Assembly (NCBI GenBank): GCA_943788985.1
Contig: CALSSJ010000013.1
Location: 32,001 to 96,000, forward strand
DNA length: 64,000 bases
Reading direction: 5' to 3'
Source: an uncultured Lentisphaerales bacterium
GTDB lineage: Bacteria > Verrucomicrobiota > Lentisphaeria > JABSQK01 > UBA12247
Shown here: piece by piece, positions 20,210 through 29,100 of the stretch
How the letters are laid out: every line of letters begins with the position of its first letter
Numbering within the stretch: position 1 is the stretch's first letter
Translations under genes and position numbers: made by a program
Notes under the pieces: generated by a model
Told to the model about the DNA's origin: nothing
Seen by the model: only the letters and a program-made list of their open reading frames with translations
The model's database searches: none

Positions 20210-20520
20210 GCACCGTAAACGAAATCCGTCCTCGGCCTTGGTCAGGACCATATAGGATTTCCAAGTCTGGATCGCAAACATTTGCGGACCGTGCGCCTGT
20301 AGCACGTAACAACCGTCAAGATTTGCAGCTGCGCTGAGGTCGTGATCGAGTTGCTCCCAAAGAAGCTGACCATCGCAATGCTCAATGCTGTAGTAACGCG
20401 CGCCCCGGCTGTGCCGCTCACGGAGGCGGCCAATGGCTTGCTCGATCTTCTCAGGATCCTTTAGTTTTCCCTCGCTGATTCGCTTGGCCAGCTTCTCCAG
20501 GCCGTCCTTCCTGCGTACGC
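20210..20520 (-). mobile_element. IS1634-family transposase internal fragment
   Basis: KLKDPEKIEQAIGRLRER...LDGCYVL...WKSYMVLTKAEDGFR (Y-x2-L-x3-E DDE signature region). Confidence 0.75.
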
Positions 20521-20524
20521 CTAC

Positions 20525-20930
20525 ATGCGAGAGGAGTGGCAGTGCACCTACTTCAAGCTCGACGCCAATAGGTGGAGTGCCCTGCCCTTCGGTTGGATGA
20601 TGGATCTCAATGCCACGCAGGTCGATGCCTATCGCGCTGGCAGGCATGCAGTCATCGACGGCGCAGGCCCGGACACCTTTATCCTCGACTGCAATGCGCC
20701 AATGTGGCCCTCCGTCTGGCATCGCGGCACAGTTCGAGGATCACACATTTTGCCTGGGGCGCATCGTTCGCCCTGATGGCGAGATCCTCTGCCTGTTCAA
20801 CCGGGACGACACGCCGCGCCAGGCCGAACTTCCCGCTGGCACCTGGACCGACTTTTGGACCGATGCGCCAGTCACAGGCCCACTGGACCTGCCCGCTCAC
20901 AGCGCCCGCGTGCTCCGCAGTCCTACCTAA
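20525..20930 (+). pseudogene. GH36-like alpha-galactosidase remnant with an internal deletion
   Basis: YFKLDAN, AYRAG and FILDCNAPMWPS fused directly to the C-terminal PPSGIAAQFED...LCLFN...WTDFWT. Confidence 0.7.
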
Positions 20931-21008
20931 GACTGGCAGAAATGCCCCGGTGATGTTGCTCCGTCACTAAGTCATCAAGTTCCCCCTGAAACGAGCAGTA
21001 GTCATGGG

Positions 21009-21218
21009 CTAATAATGCGGAGGACGCTCGTCTTCCGGCCGACGGGGTCCAGACGAGGCCTCTTGGACATCCGAGATGGAGTCAGTTAACTGCTCAACCA
21101 TCTTCTCCAAGCGATCAATTTGGCCCTGCTGTCGGGTCACGACCTCATTGAGATCATCCAGCATCTGCTCTTGGTAGCCAAGTTTCACCTCAAGGTCCAC
21201 GACACGTGCATCATCCAT
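21009..21218 (-). CDS. slyX: SlyX family protein
   Basis: RVVDLEVKLGYQE..LDDLNEVV..QQ and the diagnostic ERPPHY end. Confidence 0.93.
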   Translation of the reverse strand: MDDARVVDLEVKLGYQEQMLDDLNEVVTRQQGQIDRLEKMVEQLTDSISDVQEASSGPRRPEDERPPHY

Positions 21219-21406
21219 TCCAACCACCCTTCATCGATTCAATTCCTGCGCGGTCAATCAGCGTCATCCAGTCTTCGCCGAACGCATGGTGCTCCTGCTT
21301 GGCAAGCAAGCTAAGGGCCCGCGCGGGAATACCTTCACATCTTGCTTCTGAGCATTTTGGCTTCTTTGCCCCGTTTGATTCAGTGCCCAGACCAGACAAC
21401 GGGGGC

Positions 21407-21434
21407 TTGCAGATCTGGGGGGGGGGGGTATACT
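21407..21434 (+). promoter_or_regulatory. Sigma70-type promoter with a G12 tract in the spacer
   Basis: TTGCAG-ATCT-G12-TATACT, 16-nt spacer, about 90 nt before ATG 21525. Confidence 0.65.
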
Positions 21435-21524
21435 CATTCCTGAATAATTGCATAAGCCCGGCTGTGTCGCTGGGCGGATATCAGAATGCGATTACCCCAC
21501 TTTTTTATCTTAGGGAATGTCCAC

Positions 21525-23333
21525 ATGAAGACTCCAACACAAGTGGCGTTGTTGTGCCTTGCCGCGAGCCTGTACGTGACAACTGTCGCAAACGCGGGCA
21601 CGGCCAATTACCGAAACACGGTGTTGGGGGATAGCCCCCTCGTCTATTACGAGTTTGATGAGACCAGCGGCACCACTGCGACCAATAGCGGGACCCTGGG
21701 CGCTACGCATCACGGCACCATCGTCAGCACTGTGGCGCTCAACCAGGCGAGCTTTGCCAAGGGCGGCACTGCCTATGACTTCGGTGGTGGCTGGGTCGCG
21801 GCGGCGGCAGCGGCCTCTTCGTTAACCGAATGGACGGTGGAAGCGTGGATCAACTGGGACTCGACGAAGACCACCAGGTCCCACATTTTCGGCAACGACC
21901 AAAGCGGCTGGAACGATGATGTTCTGCTTGGAATCGGTGTTGAAGTCGGGGGGCAAGGTGTCCCAGCCAGTAATGTCGGCTGCATTCAACAGGGCAGCCC
22001 GGGCAGCACTCGCGACTTTGTGACAGAGCCCCTGGCTCACAGTGAGTGGCACCATGTTGTCGCTACCGGCAGTACCACTGCTGGCGAACTCAAGCTGTAC
22101 GTCGATGGCGTGCTCGTGGATACGGACAGTTCGCTCGCCAACGGGGTGACATTGAACGGAACGGGTGGCATCGGCTCGCCCTCTGTTTTTGTGGGGAAAG
22201 ATGGTTACGCCAATCGCACATTCGACGGACTGATTGACGAATTTGCGCTCTACGACACGGTGCTCGACGCCACGAGGGTGGAGGCGCACTATGTGGCGGG
22301 CCAAACGGAGGTGTTGCTGGTCGATATCGACATCAACGGCACCACGTCGGGCACCGTCCTGAACCAATCGGGCACCGACACGATCGTCATCGATGCGAGC
22401 AACAGTGGCGACAAGCGGATGACCGTCAATGGATCGCACCTGACGCAGACGCGTGGCGTGGCCATCGCCGTGCCGACGGCGTTGGGGATCTCCCTACCAC
22501 GGCAGGTGATCAATGTCACCGGCGAACTGACCAATCCGGGGACATCCGGTTTCCCCGGTATCTGGTTCGCGACAAACGACATCTCCGGCGGCGGCGCTGA
22601 AGCGAACTACGATTTCGCTGTGGCGCATTTTCCATTTTCTGGCGGCTGGATCGCTGGCACGGTGGATCAGGACGGCACCGTCCTGGCGGGCAACACGACG
22701 GACGTCACAATCACCAAGCGATCCGGGGCCGGCGTCACCAGCGGCAACTACTCGCTCGACATCGCCGGCGTGAATCCTTCGACCGACGGCTACCTGTTCA
22801 CCATTGGGGCGCAGAATGAAACCAGCGGCAACTACGCGCCGACTCGCATTCAGCCGGACAATTCCGGGTGGGACATCACCATCAGCGATCAGGGCGGCGA
22901 CGCCAATGACGGAACCAACGGCGAGAACGACGACTGGAGTTTCGTCTACATTCCTGAGAACGCTCGTAACCTGATCGCCGGGCGCATTGACGACGATGCG
23001 ACCGTGTTGGACAGCGTCGGCAGCTTCAGCGTCGCGTCGCAGCCCACCACCGGCGAGTATCTCTTGACGATCCCGGACGGGGTGGGCGGGTTCCTGGGCA
23101 AAGACGACGGCGTCCTGCTGCTCAACGTGACCAAGGACGGGGCGCCTGCCTTCGATGGCGCCGATGACAACTTCCTGCTTCAGGCGTACAGCAGTGCGGA
23201 CGAGGGCTTCATCGTCTCGTCGCACGATCTTGCGGCAGCCAGCGACCAGACCACCGAGTGGTCGTTCGCTTTCCTGCAGTTCGACTCGCCGGCGCGCATT
23301 CCCGTGCCGGGCGCTGTCATCCTATTGTACTAA
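21525..23333 (+). CDS. Secreted LamG/concanavalin A-like domain protein with C-terminal IPVPGAVILLY
   Basis: Signal peptide (ANA); PLVYYEFDE, WTVEAW, WHHVVAT, LYVDG and FDGLIDEFALY motifs; acidic beta-rich C-terminal half. Confidence 0.87.
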   Translation: MKTPTQVALLCLAASLYVTTVANAGTANYRNTVLGDSPLVYYEFDETSGTTATNSGTLGATHHGTIVSTVALNQASFAKGGTAYDFGGGWVAAAAAASSLTEWTVEAWINWDSTKTTRSHIFGNDQSGWNDDVLLGIGVEVGGQGVPASNVGCIQQGSPGSTRDFVTEPLAHSEWHHVVATGSTTAGELKLYVDGVLVDTDSSLANGVTLNGTGGIGSPSVFVGKDGYANRTFDGLIDEFALYDTVLDATRVEAHYVAGQTEVLLVDIDINGTTSGTVLNQSGTDTIVIDASNSGDKRMTVNGSHLTQTRGVAIAVPTALGISLPRQVINVTGELTNPGTSGFPGIWFATNDISGGGAEANYDFAVAHFPFSGGWIAGTVDQDGTVLAGNTTDVTITKRSGAGVTSGNYSLDIAGVNPSTDGYLFTIGAQNETSGNYAPTRIQPDNSGWDITISDQGGDANDGTNGENDDWSFVYIPENARNLIAGRIDDDATVLDSVGSFSVASQPTTGEYLLTIPDGVGGFLGKDDGVLLLNVTKDGAPAFDGADDNFLLQAYSSADEGFIVSSHDLAAASDQTTEWSFAFLQFDSPARIPVPGAVILLY

Positions 23334-23351
23334 TGCCCAGCGGTCGGAGGC

Positions 23352-24441
23352 ATGGCGCATATCGACGGTAGGACATTGCGAAAGCGATTTACTCTGATCG
23401 AATTATTGGTCGTGATCGTCATCATCGCCATACTGGTGTCCCTGCTGCTCCCGGCGCTGTCGCGCGCCAGGTACACAGCTCGGCTGGCCGCCTGCACTAG
23501 TGAGCTCCATCAATGGGGTATTGGCCTCACTGCGTGGGCAGGGGAGCACGACAGTTATCTGCCCGAACGCTCTGTTTACTCGAACGGCAATCGGCAGCCA
23601 CATTTGCTGAAGTCGGGTGGAGCCGATGATCGACAGCTTTTCGACGACGTGCTCGGGCTCCCGCGTACAAACTGTACGTTTGTTGGCGAGCCCCCTTATG
23701 ACATCGCTACAGTGGGAGGCCCGTATGTGCTTTCAAGCTATGAATTTTGAGCGGGCGCGGAAATCGACCATAGGCAACCCGCCTCGAGCATGTTGCGCAT
23801 TGGCGACACCATGAATTGGACTTCATGCAGCACGAACTATGAGTTTGACATCTTAGGGCCCACGCGGAAATAACGTTACATTTTGGCGGGAGCGCCGGAT
23901 GGTCATATGCAAGGCGCGTGGAGCGATGCGTACCCGTAGGTACGTATGCGACACGCAACGCCGCAGATGGCTGTCCGCCGCCCCGCCCCGCAGGGCAGGG
24001 CTGCGACTGTTTTGCCCCCTGGCGGCGTTGCCTCGCTCGAGATATACCTACAGGTATACCCGCTCGCTCGCGCCTTGCCAGGAACCAAAACAGCCAGCAG
24101 CAAAATGTAACGTAATATCCGCGCGGGCCCTTAGTGGCAGACATGGACCGCACACGTCTGGCGTCCAGTAACTCGGTGATGTCTTCGCATCCACAGACAG
24201 TGCTGGGTTGCTCCCTTTGCAGTTGATAGCCCCCGGATACAAGATCTATACCTACTTCTCATCGGGCGGAGTGCGCGGAACGGTGGATCGGAACTTCCTT
24301 CACTCTGACGGCTCAGTCAGTCGTATGACAAAGGTTCTCGCTCCTACGCCTACCAACTGGGATTCACGGCTCGTACGCGTTCCCTATCAATCGAACAGGC
24401 CTGCCGATTCGCCTTCCGGCTATCTGCCGACGGCTGACTGA
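23352..24441 (+). pseudogene. Prepilin-type N-terminal cleavage/methylation (DUF1559-like) gene, disrupted
   Basis: [24 protein letters not shown]; in-frame TGA at 23748; MITE insertion at 23856-24130; frameshift about 24195; C-terminal NFLHSDGSV. Confidence 0.85.
23856..24130. mobile_element. 275-bp non-autonomous MITE with about 30-bp terminal inverted repeats and a TTA target duplication
   Basis: Left GGGCCCACGCGGAAATAACGTTACATTTTG, right CAAAATGTAACGTAATATCCGCGCGGGCCC; TTA on both sides; excision restores the reading NYEFDILVADMD. Confidence 0.88.
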
Positions 24442-24713
24442 CTGGCACCGCCCCGCCCCACTCCAACGGTGCCTTTCCTGTCCTACTGCTGCGGCGATAG
24501 TTTTTCTTGGATGGCAGTCGCCAATCTAGATCTCACATCTGGATACGGCCTACCAATCGCCCTGCTTGCACTCTCCCATTTCTCGCCTAGGTTGGACTGC
24601 TTCAGCAACCTCACCGAACGCCTGCCACTAATTCCGCTGGCTGTTCAGATGCCCACTTCTTAGATCGTATTAAACGATCCCCGCGCCAAACACTGCATAG
24701 AGAGGAATTGACA

Positions 24714-24866
24714 ATGACAATATGCCCAATCGCCTTAGTAGCCGGCTGCAAGAAATGTCTGCTATTCAAGGTCTGCCCCTTGAAAAGTGTCATTGGTGAT
24801 CACAAGAAACTGGACGAAACGCAAACAAAGCAGCACGCCGAGAACGACGAAAGTAGGGACCAGTAG
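24714..24866 (+). CDS. 50-aa Cys-rich protein (MTICPIALVAGCKKCLLFKVCPLKSVIGDH...), not in the ORF track
   Basis: GAGGA RBS; C-x7-C-x2-C-x5-C motif; charged tail. Confidence 0.65.
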   Translation: MTICPIALVAGCKKCLLFKVCPLKSVIGDHKKLDETQTKQHAENDESRDQ

Positions 24867-25065
24867 CCGAAGACGAGGGCATAAAAAATATTGGAGAACT
24901 GAGTCCCTCCTTTTATTTTTCTCCCTTTCATTTTTCTGCCAAATTCTTTTGATTCCCTGAAATAGGACTGGCCCGCGCGGGCGCAACCTGGGACAGATGT
25001 CCCGCTGGCTTAGAGGCTTACAGGCAGAGCCCGACCGACTGGATCGGGGGTGAAACGCAAAATGA

Positions 25066-25340
25066 TTGGTCGCCAGCGGTGGCATGGTCCTTGCCAGCGA
25101 TCGGATGATGGATCTCACTGCTGACCACGCAGCTCGCCTTGCCAAGCTGATCCCCCGTCTGGCATCGCAGCCCAGTTCGACGACCACACATTTCGCCTAG
25201 GACGCATTCCTCATCCCGATGGCGCCATTCTCTGCCTGTTCAACTGGGACGACACCCCGCGCCAGGCAGAACTACCCGCTGGCAGTTGGACCGTCTTTTG
25301 GACCGGCGAGCCAGTCGCGGGACCACTGGCCCTTGCCGCT
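25066..25340 (+). pseudogene. Second GH36-like alpha-galactosidase 3' remnant
   Basis: ASGGMVLASD...LAKLIP / SGIAAQFDDHTFRLG...LCLFNW; 25153-25340 aligns with 20708-20897. Confidence 0.7.
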
Positions 25341-25400
25341 GCTTGCAGGCAAGTTAGGGCGTGGCACAGGAATAACTTCAGATGCTGCTAACGCGCGGGA

Positions 25401-25697
25401 TTGTGGGAGGCCGGAAGCGATAAAAACTCTGCGGCAACACGCCTGAGGCGCTTGGGCAATCGACCACAGTTTATCAGCCAGGAGAAAAGTGTGGCGGCCA
25501 CAAAGACGTATCTTGAGAACGCATGTCCGTCAGGAAATTTCACCTTCCAGGCACTGCCCTTCCCCAATCACACAGATGCCTGGGTGCTTCGGGATATTCC
25601 AGAAAGAAAAGTGATTCGGGATTGGTTCAAGCAAGTTCTTAAAGAAAAAAGCCAGCAGGGCGCTGAAGGCGACGCGGCAAAGCGCACCGGCTGGTAG
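25401..25697 (+). pseudogene. C-terminal fragment of an uncharacterised hydrolase-like protein
   Basis: RLRRLGNRPQFIS...FTFQALPFPNHTDAWVLRD; no credible start or 5' part. Confidence 0.4.
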
Positions 25698-26141
25698 CTT
25701 GAACGGTCGCATGAAGGATTTGGGACAAGAATATTTTGAGGACAAGAAAATGGGACTGTGGTTCGGTGCAGCATGTTTGACGTTGCGCTCCGAATCCAGT
25801 TAGTTCGGGCCTATCCCCACGGGATGGTTTGGCCCTTATTTTTCTTGTCCTATCCAAGCTGCAGCTTCCGGAGTCCGTAGGCCCCGTCCACCACCACACC
25901 GTAGCCCCAATCAGGCGCTGCTGCCTGACGGCTATCTATCGCCGCATCAGTAGTCGCGAGTCACTGGTCCCAAAACAAAACTGGCTGGCTAGCAGATCGT
26001 ATGAGAAGGCGCGTCATTTTTTAGCGCCAACTGGTTATCCGTTGCGACGCGCGCCTGGTAGGTTACGTCTTTCTTTCTCTGCCGCTTATCCGAAAGGGCC
26101 GTGGCTAAACTCGACCATCCCATCATCCCAGAAGGCGCATC

Positions 26142-29100
26142 GTGCAAATCCAGAAATGCTATCAGTCTAAAGCCCGCGGAAAGCGAGCCCTCCCCGGGGC
26201 CCTGGCCATCCTGTTTATCCTCTGCGCGTTACTGGCCAGTGAAGCGGCAGCAGCACGCAAAAAGGTCCTGTTTATCGCAGGACACCCCAGCCATAGCAAT
26301 GGTGAACATGAGTTTCGCGCGGGCTGCATGCTGCTGGCTAAGGCGATCAATGATAGTGGCCTAGATATTGAAGCCGTGGTCCATTCGTATGACTGGCCTA
26401 AAGATGAAAGCATCTTCGAGGGCGTCGACGCGGTGGTGATTTATGCGGATGCGGGCGGGCCGATCCGGAACAAGCTCACCTTTCTTGATGAGAAAGTAAA
26501 GGCGGGCATGGGCATCATGTTCATGCATTACGGTGTGCACCCGCCCAAACAGATTGGCCAAGACTATTTTTTGGACTGGATCGGCGGCTACTTTGAGACG
26601 GGTTGGTCGGTCAATCCCCATTGGATTGCGGACCTGGCCCCGAAGGCCAATCACCCGGTGGGCAATGGTATCGACAAGCCCGTGAAAGCCTATGACGAGT
26701 TCTATTTCAACATGCGCTTTCCCACGGATTGTGACGAGTGCTATCCGCTGGTGACGGCCAGCCCGCAACCAGATCGGATGGTGCGCTATATCAACCTCTG
26801 GAATGAACACGGCGATGCCGCCTTTGGTAAGCCACAGGCGTTGATGTGGTGCAGAGACCCGAAGAGCGGCGGACGCGGAATCGGTTTCACCGGTGGCCAC
26901 TACCACAAGAACTGGGCCATTGACGACTTTCGCAAGCTGGCGCTCAACAGCATTGTCTGGCTCGCTCGTGGTGAGGTCCCCGCAACCGGCGTGCCGTCCC
27001 AGCCCCTTACCCAGGAGCACCTCAACGCGAATCTGGACCGGCCAAAGCCCGGCGAGGTCCTGCCCCTGCCGGATGGCTCAGAGTTGACCCAAAAGCCCAT
27101 GGCGCGTCCGCAGGACCCGGCCAATTACGGGCGCAAGGGGAAGACCAAGCCGAAAGCGTCTAAGGCGAAGAAGAAGGCACGAAAATCCAACAAGGCCAAA
27201 GCCGCAGCGCCGGATGCCGCCTCGCCCCAGGCTTGGACGCGGCCACTGTTGAGCAGCGACAAAGAGCGATTGGTGCAGGTGGAACTGATGGTGAAAGGCC
27301 TCAAGGAGATTTATCTAACCGTGGATGACCTGCATGAAGACAGTCATGATTGGGCGGATTGGCTAAACCCGCGGTTTGTCGATGCCCAGGGCAAGGAGAC
27401 GCTTCTCGGGCAATCGCAGATTGTCAAGGCCACGCAAGGCTGGGGAAAACTGAAACACGACATGAGCGTGGGTGGCAAGCCGCTTAAGGTCGCGGGCAAG
27501 ACCTACAAACAGGGACTGGGCACGCACGCCCCGTCCAACATCGCTGTGACTGTGCCAAAGGGCGCAGTGAAATTTCTTACCTCAGTAGGGATCGACGACG
27601 GCGGTGCGCTGCGAAACGGTAAGCCGACCCCCGCTGGCATGCGCTTTGGCGTGCTCGCACAACCTTGGAGCGGAAAGAGCGCGGAGACGGCGGGCAAGCT
27701 CACCAGCAAAACGCTCGTTCCTGCGGACTACCTGACCGCGACCGGCGACCTCGAGGTCACGCTCTGGGCCAGTAGCCCACTGCTCCATAACCCGACCAAC
27801 ATGGACACTGATGCCGATGGCCGCATCTGGGTCGCGGAGGGCGTGAACTATCGCAGGCATGGAAATCGGGCTCCGAAAGGAGACCGGATCGTGGTCTTGG
27901 AAGACACCAATGGCGATGGCCAGGCCGATACCTCCAGCGTCTTTGTACAAGACCCGGAGTTAGCTGCGCCGCTGGGCGTGAGCGTCTTTGGCAACAAAAT
28001 TGTGGTTGCCCAACCACCCAACCTCCTGGTCTATACAGACGTCAATCACAACCGCGTATTCGAGAAAGGCATCGACACCCGCGAGGTGCTGCTGACTGGC
28101 TTCAATGCCAAGCAGCACGATCATTCCCTGCACTCGGTCACCGCTGGCCCCGACGGCCAGTGGTATCTGAACCAAGGCAATTGCGGCGCAGTCTTTACGG
28201 CTACCGACGGGAAGACCTTTCGGCTCGGCAGCCCCTATAAAGGCGGCGGTGGCGAATGGTTCGTGGATCAAAAAGCAGCGGCGGGCCAGCCCAGCGATGA
28301 CGGCCATGTCTGGATTGCTGGCTTTATCGCCCGAATGAACCCCGATGGCAGTAATGTCGAAATTGTCGGCCACAACTTCCGCAATTCGTACGAAAACACG
28401 GTCAACTCCTACGGGGAAGTCTTTCAGAACGACAATGATGACCCGCCCGCTTGCCGCACCTCCTATGTGCTGGAATACGGGAACGCCGGCTTCTTTTCAG
28501 CAGACGGCAAGCGCACCTGGCAGGTGGATCGCCGTCCCGGCCAATCCACCCCGACCGCACACTGGCGTCAGGAAGACCCCGGCACGATGCCGTCTGGGGA
28601 TGTCTACGGGCGCGGCTCACCCACAGGAATCGCCTTTTATGAGAACGGTGCCTTGCCCACATCCTACCGCGGTACGCTGTTGAGCGGGCAGGCAGCCCTC
28701 CGCTTGATATTTGGCTACCAGCCAGAGCCCGACGGCGCTGGCTACAAACTGGAGCGCTCGCACTTCGTCGCGGCCACTGGCCCGAAGGATCCGGCTCTGC
28801 AAGGCGATAAGGTCTGGTACAACTTTCGGCCGTCGGATGTCATGGTAGGTGCAGATGGCGCGATCTATGTCGCAGATTGGTTTGACCCGGGGGTTGGCGG
28901 ACACGGCGATCGTGACGCGGCAACCGCGGGTGCTATCTACCGCATCGCGCCCAAGGGCTTCAAGAGTGCCCCGAAAAAGATCGATCTGACGACCTTGGAG
29001 GGGGCGGCCACCGCCCTGGAATCACCAGCGGTGAACGTACGCTACGGTGGCTTTGTGGCGCTCCGCGAGCGCGGCGCCGCGGCACTTCCTACCGTGACTA

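Noticed and set aside
23748..23750. Selenocysteine or Trp readthrough of the in-frame TGA in the prepilin gene
   Set aside because: The same gene also has a MITE and a frameshift, and TGA is a normal stop elsewhere in the window, so simple decay is more likely.
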